From: a virus | Lineage: Duplodnaviria > Caudoviricetes | IMG/VR virus record: IMGVR_UViG_3300034142_000033 | Location: 1-51,570 of that record | Length of the DNA: 51,570 nt | Strand: one strand, 5' to 3' | In this document: positions 42,661 to 51,570 of the stretch, in pieces | Layout: each line of letters begins with the position of its first letter | Numbering within the stretch: position 1 is the stretch's first letter | Made by a program: the position numbers and the translations under genes | The notes under the pieces: model-generated | The model's input: only the letters and a program-made list of their open reading frames with translations | What the model was told of the DNA's origin: nothing | Databases searched by the model: none

Positions 42661-43478
42661 TCGATGCGACCGAAAGCGTCCAGCGGATCAGCGATATCCT
42701 CACGATCAAGGGAGAGATGGCGGGCCTGTCTTGGCGCACCGACACCCCCCGCATCATGGAGCTCTGCGGCGCGATCGACGCGCTGGAACCGTTCCGGAGG
42801 CCGCGCGACGGGGAAGAAGCGCGGGGCCTCTACCGGGGCTGCGAGGATTTCTGCTCCGTCTGGCTGCCCGGACACCTTGAGCCGCTGCCGTTTCTGTGGG
42901 CGGCTGCCGACCTGATCGCGCGCGAAGTCGTGCAGGAGTTCACAACCCCCGAGGTTCTCAACAGCTTGGGTTTCGCTCACCTGTTCGGCGCCGATGGGGT
43001 TTGCGCCTTGCTCGCCGTGCTTCGGGCATCCGCGCCTTCGTTCGAGCTGCAGCACCGGCGCATGGAGCGGGTCGACGAAGACGGTGAGGGGCGGGCGACA
43101 GCCACTCGGATCGCCCCCATCGGAACCGACGATCCGGACTTCGACGAATCCCCGATCGTATGCTGCGGCGCGGACGATGAACATGCGGCCCCCGTGACCT
43201 TCATCGACCTCGACGACGAGAGCTATGGCGAGCTCCGGAATCTGATCGAGAAGAAGTCCGAGACCGCGAAGCGCGCCTATCTCCGGCCGCCACCGCCCAC
43301 CGACCCACTGGGCTATGTGCTCAACGCACTCGATGGCTTCAGGCGCGACCCTGCGACCACCGACTATCAGAGCGGTTTCCGGGCGGGGCTGGAGATCGTC
43401 GCGAGGGAGGCGTTCGGGGTGGACCCCTCGGCGGAGCCGACCCCGGGCAAAGTACCCACTTTGGCCGGAAATCTCTGA
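42657..43478 (+). CDS. Hypothetical protein
   Basis: Coupled 273-aa ORF. Confidence 0.7.
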   Translation: MIDATESVQRISDILTIKGEMAGLSWRTDTPRIMELCGAIDALEPFRRPRDGEEARGLYRGCEDFCSVWLPGHLEPLPFLWAAADLIAREVVQEFTTPEVLNSLGFAHLFGADGVCALLAVLRASAPSFELQHRRMERVDEDGEGRATATRIAPIGTDDPDFDESPIVCCGADDEHAAPVTFIDLDDESYGELRNLIEKKSETAKRAYLRPPPPTDPLGYVLNALDGFRRDPATTDYQSGFRAGLEIVAREAFGVDPSAEPTPGKVPTLAGNL

Positions 43479-43738
43479 TGGGCATGATCCACAAGCGGGG
43501 CCGCAACCACTGGCATTCGGACGGGCGGCCCGTCGGATTTGGCCTTCCGCTGCTCAAGGAAGGCCAAAGCCTGCCCCGGACCCGATCCGGGGGAATGCCG
43601 CTCGAGGGCCGCCGCCGCACCGCGCTGGAGCAGCTCAGCCGCTGGAGCGGCATCGCCATCTCCGCCTTCGTCACCCTCTATTTCGCCGGCCAGATGCTGA
43701 GGCCCGTTCTCCGCTGGCTGCAGGAGTGGGCGCTGTGA
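43478..43738 (+). CDS. Small membrane protein
   Basis: C-terminal TM; contains a REP-like palindrome. Confidence 0.6.
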   Translation: MGMIHKRGRNHWHSDGRPVGFGLPLLKEGQSLPRTRSGGMPLEGRRRTALEQLSRWSGIAISAFVTLYFAGQMLRPVLRWLQEWAL

Positions 43739-43902
43739 GGCACGTTCTCGAGCTTTCGGCCGAGGAAGCCGACGATCTGCGGCAGCTGATCCGGAACGGC
43801 CTGGCCCGAGCCCAGCGCCCATCCATGCTCTCACCGGCTGCGAGGTATCGCCACGCACGAAGGCAGTGGCGCCTGACCCTCCTGCTGGGGCGGCTTTCGT
43901 GA
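43735..43902 (+). CDS. Small hypothetical protein
   Basis: GTGA overlaps at both ends. Confidence 0.5.
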   Translation: MRHVLELSAEEADDLRQLIRNGLARAQRPSMLSPAARYRHARRQWRLTLLLGRLS

Positions 43903-46022
43903 TAGCTCCTCGCGAAGCGATCCCCGCCCAAAGTACCACTTTGGGCGGCCTGATCGTAGACAACTTCGCCGGGGGAGGGGGCGCTTCGACCGGGATCGAG
44001 CAGGCGCTTGGCCGCGCCGTCGACATCGCCATCAACCATGACGAGCAGGCGCTCCGCATGCATGAGGTCAACCACCCCTCGACACGGCACATCCGCAACA
44101 ACATCTGGCAGATCGACCCGGTCGAGGTGACCGGCGGCAACCCCGTCTCGCTCGCCTGGTTCAGCCCCGACTGCAAGCATTTCTCGAAGGCCAAGGGCGG
44201 CAAGCCGCGCGAAAAGAGCATTCGCGACCTCGCCTGGGTGGTGGTGCTTTGGGGCAAGCGCGTGAAGCCAGACGTCATCCTGCTTGAGAATGTCGAGGAG
44301 TTCCGCACCTGGGGACCGCTCGACGATCAGGGCAGCCCGATCAAGGCGCGCGCCGGCGAGACGTTTGACAAATGGTGCCGCGAGCTTCGCCGCCTCGGTT
44401 ACAAGCTCCAGTTCCGCGAGCTTCGCGCCTGCGACTATGGCGCGCCGACCATCCGCAAGCGCTTCTTCATGATCGCCCGCCGCGACGGCCGCCCGATCGT
44501 GTGGCCCGCGCCGACCCACGGCAAGCCCGCCAGCCCCGGCGTGGTCGCCGGGACGCTGCGGCCGTGGCGCACCGCGGCTGAAATCATCGACTGGTCCATT
44601 CCCTGCCCGTCCATCTTCGAGCGCAAGAAGGAACTGGCGGAGAAGACGAAGCGCCGCATCGCCCACGGCACGGTCAAATTCGTGCTGCGCAACCCCGCGC
44701 CGTTTATCGTCCCGGTCAAGACTTGGGGAGGGGGCGGCAACAACCCTAGATCCAGTGACGAACCGATGCGGACCACCACGACGTCAAAGGGTGGTGAACA
44801 CGCCGTCGTCACCCCTTTCGTCGCACCGGTCACCCATGGCGGCAGCCAGGAACGCTCCTACTCTCCGACGCAGCCCCTGCACACAGTTACCGGCGCGAAT
44901 CGGGGCGAGATCGCGGCTGTCGCCCCCTTGTTCGCGCGTACCGCCCACGGCGACGTCGACCGCAAGGGCAAGCGGCGGGGTCAGGGCGCACACTCGACCG
45001 AGGAACCCTTCCCCACCATCGCGACGAGCCAGGACAGCGCCCTCGTTGCCGCCCACATCACCAAGTTCCGCAGCGGCGCCACCGGCCATGCCGCGGACGA
45101 GCCGCTCGCCACCGTCACCGCCAACAGCTTCATCAAGCGCCCCGGTGGCTCAGCGCCGCTCGGCGCCGTGGCGGCGCACCTCGAGCGAATGCACGGCAAG
45201 AGCAGGGGTGCCGCGGCCGACGAGCCGGCGCCCACGATCACCGCAGGCGGCGGCGGCAAGACGGCGGCGGTCGCCACTTTCCTCTCCCCCTATTACGGCG
45301 ACAATGATGGCGGGCGGGTGCGTTCCGGCAATCCAGCCGACGAGCCGTTGCGGACGTCCACCGTAGAAAATCGCTTCGGCGCCGTCGCCGCCTTCCTGTC
45401 GCATCAATATGGCTCCGCCACTAACGGCGGCCAGGGCGATCCGGAGCGGCCGCTCAAGACGATCACCACCGGCGGGCACCACGCCATCGTCTGCGCGCAT
45501 ATCGAGCAGGCGAACGGCAGTCCGGAGGGGGAGAAGCCGCTGCCGGGGCGAAAGGCCGACGACCCGCTCTCCACGATCGTCGCCAAGGGCTGCACCCAGC
45601 GGGTGATCGAGACCACGCTGGTCGGTCCCGACGCGCTGCCGCCCGACCTGCTCGGCCGCGCCGTCCGCACCGCCGCCTTCCTGATCAAATACTACGGCAA
45701 TGAGAGCGACGGCCACGGTCTCGACGCGCCGATCGGCACCGTCACCGTTCAGGACCGCTTCGCCGTCGTCATGGTGCTGATCGACGCCGAGACCTATATC
45801 CTCGTTGACATCGGCGTGCGGATGCTGACGCCGCGCGAGCTGTTCAATGCGCAGGGCTTCCCGCCCGATTACATCATCGACCGCGACGCCGAGGGCCGGC
45901 CGATCACCAAGACGGCGCAGGTCGCGAAGTGCGGCAACAGCGTCTGCCCGCCCGTCGCCGCCGCCTTGGTCCGAGCCAATTTCGGCAGCGCCCTCCTGGC
46001 GGCTGAGGTCGAAGCGGCATGA
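43899..46022 (+). CDS. DNA cytosine-C5 methyltransferase with repeat-expanded variable region
   Basis: FAGGGG, SPDC, ENV, R.R, GNSV; about nine (D/E)P(L)xT(V/I)T repeats. Confidence 0.93.
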   Translation: MIAPREAIPAQSTTLGGLIVDNFAGGGGASTGIEQALGRAVDIAINHDEQALRMHEVNHPSTRHIRNNIWQIDPVEVTGGNPVSLAWFSPDCKHFSKAKGGKPREKSIRDLAWVVVLWGKRVKPDVILLENVEEFRTWGPLDDQGSPIKARAGETFDKWCRELRRLGYKLQFRELRACDYGAPTIRKRFFMIARRDGRPIVWPAPTHGKPASPGVVAGTLRPWRTAAEIIDWSIPCPSIFERKKELAEKTKRRIAHGTVKFVLRNPAPFIVPVKTWGGGGNNPRSSDEPMRTTTTSKGGEHAVVTPFVAPVTHGGSQERSYSPTQPLHTVTGANRGEIAAVAPLFARTAHGDVDRKGKRRGQGAHSTEEPFPTIATSQDSALVAAHITKFRSGATGHAADEPLATVTANSFIKRPGGSAPLGAVAAHLERMHGKSRGAAADEPAPTITAGGGGKTAAVATFLSPYYGDNDGGRVRSGNPADEPLRTSTVENRFGAVAAFLSHQYGSATNGGQGDPERPLKTITTGGHHAIVCAHIEQANGSPEGEKPLPGRKADDPLSTIVAKGCTQRVIETTLVGPDALPPDLLGRAVRTAAFLIKYYGNESDGHGLDAPIGTVTVQDRFAVVMVLIDAETYILVDIGVRMLTPRELFNAQGFPPDYIIDRDAEGRPITKTAQVAKCGNSVCPPVAAALVRANFGSALLAAEVEAA

Positions 46023-46378
46023 AGAAAACGTGCACCGGCGCATCCGCTGTCGCTCCTTCTGCTCCGGTGCCCGGGCAGGAGAATGATCCGCTCGCGATCC
46101 TGAGCGACTACCCGCCCGACGACTGCTGCTGCGACCAATGCCGCTTCGTGCATCGCGAGCTCAGCGCCTTCTACAAGCGCTGCGACAAGGCGGGCATCAA
46201 GCCGTTCAACATCGGCATCGTAACGGCCCGATTTCTCGGCCAGTTCGCAGGATATCACACCGTCCCGGGCAAACTGGACCGCCTGACCGACGGCCTCACC
46301 TCGGTGATCATCTACCGCGCCCTCCAAGGTGAAAAGGAGGGCGCTGCATATGACGCCGCCGAGGAGACGAGGCAGTGA
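46019..46378 (+). CDS. Hypothetical protein
   Basis: Coupled ORF with CCCDQC. Confidence 0.6.
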   Translation: MKKTCTGASAVAPSAPVPGQENDPLAILSDYPPDDCCCDQCRFVHRELSAFYKRCDKAGIKPFNIGIVTARFLGQFAGYHTVPGKLDRLTDGLTSVIIYRALQGEKEGAAYDAAEETRQ

Positions 46379-46740
46379 TGGCCACCGGCTATCCGCCCAT
46401 CCACCTCGCCGAGGCATCCGCGCGCGAGCGGGACGTCCGTGCCAAGCATTATCCCAAGCGGATCGCGGCGGGGGAGACGGCGGAGCCGCTGGAGGCGGAC
46501 TGGCAGACATGGGTCGCGATCGCGCACTGGTGCGCCGGCCAGCGCATCCCGTTCGACATCGACTGGGCGAGCATGGAAGCCGCCGCCGCCGACGCGCTCG
46601 CCCGCCGCGCCCAGGCCTGCCGCGCCGACCCGGACGACGCCGCGCTCGCCGCCATCCACGCCCACGTCCGCGACCAGCGTCAGCTGATCGATGAGCTCAA
46701 CCAGCGGCTCCGCCAGCAGGCGGGCAGGGAGGCGGCATGA
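46378..46740 (+). CDS. Hypothetical protein
   Basis: RAKHYPKRIAAG..WVAIAHW. Confidence 0.65.
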   Translation: MATGYPPIHLAEASARERDVRAKHYPKRIAAGETAEPLEADWQTWVAIAHWCAGQRIPFDIDWASMEAAAADALARRAQACRADPDDAALAAIHAHVRDQRQLIDELNQRLRQQAGREAA

Positions 46741-46839
46741 CCCCATCGTCTGCGAGCGCCCCCGGATCACGTCCGGGGTCTGCTCTCGCAGCCGGAGGAG
46801 GCTGCATGAACATCTCCGCCCCACACGGGAGCTTGAAGC

Positions 46840-47202
46840 ATGGCTGACGCCCTGAACATCCGTCCGTACATGGACGCGCTCCGCGAACATAGCGGCCCGT
46901 GGGGGTACCGCTGGGACACCCGGGCCGGGGGAGGCCGCACTGTCCAGGTGCAATGCCTGTTCCGGGGCAATCTGCGCGTGGCGGCAGGCTTGGCCAAGGC
47001 CGGAGACAGGTTCCTGCGGGTGCAGCTCTGCGATGATGGCCAGCACTTGGCCGATCATATGCTGGTGACGCGAGACGGCCCGGTGTCGGATCAGGGCCCC
47101 CGCTTCATGCGAGGCACGACGCATCCGACGCCTTTCTCGACACCAGCTGAGATGCTGGCGGCGATCCGCACCGAGCAAACGAGGGGGGATCACAAGCCAT
47201 GA
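46840..47202 (+). CDS. Hypothetical protein
   Basis: 120-aa ORF with RBS. Confidence 0.6.
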   Translation: MADALNIRPYMDALREHSGPWGYRWDTRAGGGRTVQVQCLFRGNLRVAAGLAKAGDRFLRVQLCDDGQHLADHMLVTRDGPVSDQGPRFMRGTTHPTPFSTPAEMLAAIRTEQTRGDHKP

Positions 47203-47618
47203 GCACCACACACGGGGAGCGGGGCTTGTCGGGCAGCATCGACGCGCCGAACCAAGATCAGTTAGCGCCGCCTTCCGGTGGAAAAATCCGGTCGGGACAG
47301 GATGGCGCTAGGGGTGACGATAGCGGGACCCCGCCCGTGCCTGACCCGTCGCCCCAACCTTTGCCGGACAGCATCGACGAGATCGCGCACGGGCTGACTC
47401 CGGCTGAGCGGGGCTTCGTGAAGATGCCCCTCTATAGCGCCTTCTCGGAGGGGATCACGGCTGCTTGGTTTCACGCCACGGGCTACGAACCAGCCCGGCG
47501 TCTGGCGAAGAAGGGTCTGTGCGAGCGCCGCAGGATCGCGCCCGGATACTTCGCCAGCATTCCCACCCCTCTCGGCCTTCAAGTCCGCGAACACCTCCAA
47601 AAAGGCCCCCAGCCATGA
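47199..47618 (+). CDS. Hypothetical protein with wHTH-like C-terminus
   Basis: LTPAER..LAKKGL..TPLGLQVREHL. Confidence 0.6.
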   Translation: MSTTHGERGLSGSIDAPNQDQLAPPSGGKIRSGQDGARGDDSGTPPVPDPSPQPLPDSIDEIAHGLTPAERGFVKMPLYSAFSEGITAAWFHATGYEPARRLAKKGLCERRRIAPGYFASIPTPLGLQVREHLQKGPQP

Positions 47619-48451
47619 CCGACGATCGCAAGATCAGCGCCCCGACGCGCCGCATGGAAAAGATACTCGACGCGCCATTCGTGCCGAGAGAGCAAAGGAC
47701 TTCGACCGTGAGAGAAGATGTGGAGCGGCTGAGCTTTCAGGACCGCGTTCGGCCTTGGATGATGGCCTGCTTCGGGCCGGAGATCAGCGCCGATCGCATG
47801 GAGCGCAATCACCGCTTTTTCGAGGAAGCCGGGGAGCTGGTTCAGTCGCTCGGCATGACCGAAGACGAAGCACATCAGCTTGTCAGCTATACATGGGGGC
47901 GGCCGGCCGGCGAGCCATTCCAGGAAAGCGGCGGGGTCAGCGTCACACATGCGGCGCTCTGCCTCGCAGCTGGCATAGATCAGGACGAAGCCGCCGAAGC
48001 CGAACTCGCCCGCATCTGGACGAAGGTGGAGCAGATCAGGGCCAAGCAGGCTGCCAAGCCGAAGCACTCGCCGCTCCCCGCCTCCCCCTCTCCCATAGGG
48101 GACGATGGGGTCGAACGGGCACTGGACGCCGCCTTGGCCGAAATCTGCGTCGTGATGGCGTTTTGCGGGCGCGGCCCCGGCGGCACCAACAACGCCGACC
48201 CGGCGAAATGGGCGGAGATGTGTTCGCAGCTTGGAGATCGCCTCGCTCCGGTTGAACGGCAGGTTCGCGCCGCCATCGCTGCCCTCGCCTCACATCCCAA
48301 GCCCTCAGTACAAGAAGAGGTGGTGGACAAAGCCGCGCTGGCTTGGGAGCGATACCCTGACGTGAGCATTCGCGATATCTCCCGTCGCGAGGCTTTCTGC
48401 GAAGGCTTCCGTGCAGCTCTCACCCGTATTGGGGAGGTGGATGGTGGCTGA
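47615..48451 (+). CDS. Protein with MazG/NTP-PPase-like helical domain
   Basis: FQDRVRPWMMACFG..RFFEEAGELVQ..QESGGV. Confidence 0.6.
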   Translation: MTDDRKISAPTRRMEKILDAPFVPREQRTSTVREDVERLSFQDRVRPWMMACFGPEISADRMERNHRFFEEAGELVQSLGMTEDEAHQLVSYTWGRPAGEPFQESGGVSVTHAALCLAAGIDQDEAAEAELARIWTKVEQIRAKQAAKPKHSPLPASPSPIGDDGVERALDAALAEICVVMAFCGRGPGGTNNADPAKWAEMCSQLGDRLAPVERQVRAAIAALASHPKPSVQEEVVDKAALAWERYPDVSIRDISRREAFCEGFRAALTRIGEVDGG

Positions 48452-48731
48452 CCTGCTCACCTCGGCCGAGGCCGCCCGGCGCATCCGGGTCAGCACCAAG
48501 ACGCTGCGGCAGCTGCGGCGCGCGGGACATATCCGCTATGTCGCCGTGACCGAGCGAAAGCTGCTATATCGTCCCGAAGATTGCGACGACTTCATCGAAT
48601 CGCGCGCCAGGAAGGACGTGCCGTGTCCGTCTACAAACCGAAGAACTCGCCCTACTTCCAGTTCGACTTCGTATGGAAAGGTCGTCGCGTTTACGGCTCG
48701 ACAGGCTGCCGGAACCGGCGCGACGCGCTAG
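48441..48731 (+). CDS. xis: Excisionase (HTH_17 type)
   Basis: LLTSAEAARRIRVSTKTL..GHIRY..YRPEDCDDFI, directly upstream of the integrase. Confidence 0.8.
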   Translation: MVADLLTSAEAARRIRVSTKTLRQLRRAGHIRYVAVTERKLLYRPEDCDDFIESRARKDVPCPSTNRRTRPTSSSTSYGKVVAFTARQAAGTGATR

Positions 48732-49726
48732 CCTATGAGGCGCGCGAGCGTCACAAGCTGCTGCTCCCGGCGAAGGAGCGCCCGCCGATCACCGTCGATG
48801 AAGCCTGCGGCCTCTATCAGGACAAGGTCGGCGACCAACCGAGCTGGCCGACCACGCGCTACATGCTCCAGTCGCTGATCGACGGCCTCGGCGCCGGCCG
48901 CCTGCTGTCCGACGTCGGCCAGCGCGACCTCTTGCATTTCTTCTCGCGCCGCCGCGCCGGGCCGGGCGGACGCATCCGCTCCAACGCCACCATCAACCGC
49001 GAGATCGAGAATGCCCGCGCCGTCTGGCGCTGGGCGGCCAGCGCGCGCTACGACGTCGGCGAGATGCCCGATTGGGGCGCGCTGATGCTGAAGGTGCCGG
49101 CCAAGGCCCCCCGCGAGCTCAGCGCGGCCGAGGAGCCCCGCCTGTTCGAGGAGATCCGCGAGGACCTGGTCGACTTCTGCCGCTTCGCGCTGAAAACCGG
49201 GTGGCGCAGGGCCGAGCTGCTCGGCCTGCGATGGGCCGACGTCGATTTCGGCGCAGCGATCGCTGAGACCCGGATCAAAGGCGGCGACATCGTCAAGCGG
49301 CCGCTCACGCCCGAGATGGTGGCGATCGTCGCTGGGCAGCCGCGCGTCGGTCCGTTCGTCTTCACCTATGTCTGCCGCGTGTCCAAAAGCCGCTATGTCG
49401 ACAGGCGAGGGCGCCTTCAGCCGGCTAGGCGCAAGGGCGAGCGTTATCCGCTGACCGCGACCGTGCTCCGCAAGCCGTGGGCCGCGGCCAAGGCCGCCGC
49501 CGGCGTCGAGGCCTTCCGGCTCCATGACCTGCGCCACACCCGCGGCACCCGGATCCTGCGCGCGACCGGCAATCTCGTAGCCGCCAAGGAGGCGCTGAAG
49601 CACCGCAGCATCAAGACGACGATGCGCTACGCCCACGCCTTTGACGACGACGTGCGCCGCGCGCTCGAGGTATCCGACTCCCGGTCTATTCCCGAAGCCG
49701 CTCCGGCCGACCGTCGAAAAGCCTAG
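48623..49726 (+). CDS. int: Tyrosine integrase
   Basis: TGWRRAELLGLRW, HDLRHT, LKH..TTMRYAH; ends 35 bp before the att core. Confidence 0.95.
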   Translation: MSVYKPKNSPYFQFDFVWKGRRVYGSTGCRNRRDALAYEARERHKLLLPAKERPPITVDEACGLYQDKVGDQPSWPTTRYMLQSLIDGLGAGRLLSDVGQRDLLHFFSRRRAGPGGRIRSNATINREIENARAVWRWAASARYDVGEMPDWGALMLKVPAKAPRELSAAEEPRLFEEIREDLVDFCRFALKTGWRRAELLGLRWADVDFGAAIAETRIKGGDIVKRPLTPEMVAIVAGQPRVGPFVFTYVCRVSKSRYVDRRGRLQPARRKGERYPLTATVLRKPWAAAKAAAGVEAFRLHDLRHTRGTRILRATGNLVAAKEALKHRSIKTTMRYAHAFDDDVRRALEVSDSRSIPEAAPADRRKA

Positions 49727-49761
49727 CTTTTCCGCGCGTCTCGCGGGGTCAGCGCTCCCTC

Positions 49762-49804
49762 GTGTAAACGAGATGCTCTACCAACTGAGCTAAGCGCCCG
49801 CGCC
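49762..49804. repeat. att core, right copy (orphan tRNA-Val 5' half)
   Basis: Identical to 23-65; tRNA similarity stops after the anticodon loop. Confidence 0.95.
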
Positions 49805-49849
49805 AGGCGGTTCAGCGCCCCTGCCATGGGCCGGCGGCGCGGGCAAGCC

Positions 49850-49948
49850 TCAGAGCCAGCCGAGCACCGCCAGCAGGACCAACGTCGCCAGCACCGAGAT
49901 GAGGATCGAGCCGAGGCAGCCCAGGCGATTGGAGAAAAAGAAGAACAA
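49850..49948 (-). CDS. Small host membrane peptide
   Basis: TTG start after GGAG; FFFSNRLGCLGSILISV. Confidence 0.55.
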   Translation of the reverse strand: MFFFFSNRLGCLGSILISVLATLVLLAVLGWL

Positions 49949-50040
49949 GGGCGTGCTCCCGCGGTGATCCGGACACAACGCAGGAGATGGGGTTCGTTCC
50001 AAGGCTGTAGCAGGAGAGTGATCAGTCGAACTGAACAATC

Positions 50041-50222
50041 CCGCTCATCCTGAGGAGGGACTGAGCCTTGGCGAAGGCCCGTCTCGAAGGACCTCGGTGC
50101 GTCCTTCGAGACGCCGGTTCGACAGGCTCACCGGCTCCTCAGGATGAGCGGCATGGTGCGTCCTTCGAGACGGGCCTTCCCCCGGATCAAGTCCGGCGTC
50201 AGTCCCTCCTCAGGATGAGCCG
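50041..50222. repeat. Composite REP-like palindromic element (host)
   Basis: ccgctcatcctgagg...cctcaggatgagcgg termini; repeated gtccttcgagacg and ctcctcaggatgagc; nested ccggatcaagtccgg. Confidence 0.8.
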
Positions 50223-50254
50223 ATTTTTCCAACGTAACCCGCTAAGCCCAACCC

Positions 50255-50818
50255 CTACAAATTCCGAATCAGCCTTGTGGCGACGGCGGCCCAGGCGGGG
50301 TCGGCCACCACGGTCTGGCGCTGGCCCGCGCCGAGCGGGAGGATGTGGAGCTTGCCCTCCTCGCGGCCGATCAGGCGGCCGAACACGAAGCGGCCGGCCG
50401 GGCGCGGGAGCAGCACGTCGCGGTTCATCGCCTGCGCGAACCCCTCGGGCCCGAGCCGGGTCGCCCAGATCTCGTCGCCGGCGCGATATTCGCCGACGCT
50501 GCCCTCGACCCGGATCGCGACCAGCCCGGGCTCGGCCTGCGGGGGGATCGCCACCCCCGGCCGGCGCGGCGCATGGGCGCCGTCATGGGCGAGCGTCGCG
50601 GCGACCGGCACGTCCTCGCGGTCGGGCAGGGTGACGAGATCGGACGCTTCCACGCCGAGCGCCTTGGCGATGCGGTTCAGCCAGCCGACCGAGACGGTGC
50701 GGGTGCCGGTCTCGAGCCGGCCGATCGTCTGCGGCGTGGTCGGCGGATCGCAGCGGTCGGCCACGTCCTGCAGGGTCATGCGCTTGGCGCGGCGGACGTC
50801 GCGGATGCGGGTGATCAT
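50255..50818 (-). CDS. Host XRE HTH regulator (RogA-like position)
   Basis: IRDVRRAKRMTLQDVA..TPQTIGRLETG..WLNRIAKALG. Confidence 0.85.
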   Translation of the reverse strand: MITRIRDVRRAKRMTLQDVADRCDPPTTPQTIGRLETGTRTVSVGWLNRIAKALGVEASDLVTLPDREDVPVAATLAHDGAHAPRRPGVAIPPQAEPGLVAIRVEGSVGEYRAGDEIWATRLGPEGFAQAMNRDVLLPRPAGRFVFGRLIGREEGKLHILPLGAGQRQTVVADPAWAAVATRLIRNL

Positions 50819-50914
50819 GGCTGAAGAATCCTGTACCATGCCGGTTATTTCACTTTCCTACATGCAATCCACAGTGGCAAGACATTTCTCCGGAGGGCGA
50901 CTCGGGGAAGGGTG

Positions 50915-51430
50915 ATGGGTGCGTTGAGGAGGAACCGGCTGCTGGCGGAGCGGCCGCTGCCGAGGGACGGGCAGGAACGGGCCCGGCCCGGCGGTCCCAA
51001 GCCGGCCGCGCGCGGCGCCAATGCGCGCTCGGTCACCGTCAACCTCGCCGAATCGCCGCTCGGCTGGCTGAAGTCGCGGGGGCTGGTCAGTGACCGGCAG
51101 CTGCAGGCCGGCGAGCGGCTCCGCGAGGATTGGGAGCGGGCGCAGCTCAGCCCGCGCGTGACCATGCAATGGGACGCGCCGCCGCTCGCCAAGGTGCGGC
51201 GCGGGCCGCCGGTGGACGTCGCGACCGACGCCCAGATGGCGGCCAAACGGCGCTTCGAGGCGGCGATGGCCGAAGTGGGGGCGGGGATGAGCGACGTGAT
51301 GTGGCGGATCGTGTGCGCGGGGGAAGGCATGCGCGACGCCGAGCGCGCGCTGGGCTGGCCGGCGCGGGCGGGCAAATTGGTGCTCGGCCTCGCGCTCGAC
51401 CGGTTGGCCGACCATTATCGCCTGCGCTGA
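50915..51430 (+). CDS. Host DUF6456 protein (GafA/GafZ-like)
   Basis: NLAESPLGWL, AGERLREDW, ERALGWPARAGKLVL..LDRLADHY. Confidence 0.82.
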   Translation: MGALRRNRLLAERPLPRDGQERARPGGPKPAARGANARSVTVNLAESPLGWLKSRGLVSDRQLQAGERLREDWERAQLSPRVTMQWDAPPLAKVRRGPPVDVATDAQMAAKRRFEAAMAEVGAGMSDVMWRIVCAGEGMRDAERALGWPARAGKLVLGLALDRLADHYRLR

Positions 51431-51570
51431 CCCGCGAGCAGCGGAGTCGCCCGCAAGCGAGGGGCTCAGCCGGTCAGCGAACGGCCGGCGTGGTGAAAGA
51501 AGACCGGGCGATTGTTGCGGGTGTGGATCGCCGCGCCGCCGCGCGCGCTCGCGTCCTGGAGCGGCAAAGC

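Larger units (their letters stand above)
23..49804. mobile_element. Complete lambda-like temperate prophage integrated in tRNA-Val
   Basis: 43-bp terminal direct repeats, integrase next to the right repeat, and full head, tail, lysis, replication and immunity modules. Confidence 0.95.

Noticed and set aside
44700-45760. Long insert in the C5-MTase as a possible intein
   Set aside because: No intein terminal motifs (C...HN) or homing endonuclease motifs; it is an array of short repeats typical of this phage MTase type.
51466-51570. Possible 3' end of a minus-strand host gene
   Set aside because: Too short to identify.

Overview
Almost the whole window (23-49804, about 49.7 kb core to core) is one apparently complete lambda-like temperate prophage in a high-GC alphaproteobacterial (Sphingomonas-like) chromosome. 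It is bounded by a 43-bp direct repeat that is the 5' half of tRNA-Val(TAC). From left to right it carries a low-GC accessory end, the lysis, tail, head and terminase genes with a cos-like site (all minus strand), a DnaG-D5/SF3 primase-helicase with an ori-like repeat block, an early operon with two adenine MTases, a CII/Cro/CI switch with five GTTAGA-N4-TCTAAC operators, a second early operon with a C5-MTase, xis and a tyrosine integrase. Host DNA follows (REP-like element, XRE regulator, DUF6456 protein). The most notable unexplained items are: (1) two divergent cassettes at 190-2700 built as small ORF, terminator, effector (a 22-aa peptide plus HTH-nuclease; a LexA-boxed 78-aa protein plus IrrE-like protein); (2) about 11 dispersed covarying AAGT-ACC-ACTT palindromes, several inside reading frames; (3) two copies of a 70-bp covarying structured element and a candidate ~210-nt ncRNA; (4) a membrane-anchored PAS-like protein heading the lysis cassette; (5) replacement of the 5' half and promoter of the target tRNA by the phage. 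All family assignments come from motif recognition by eye; no searches were run.
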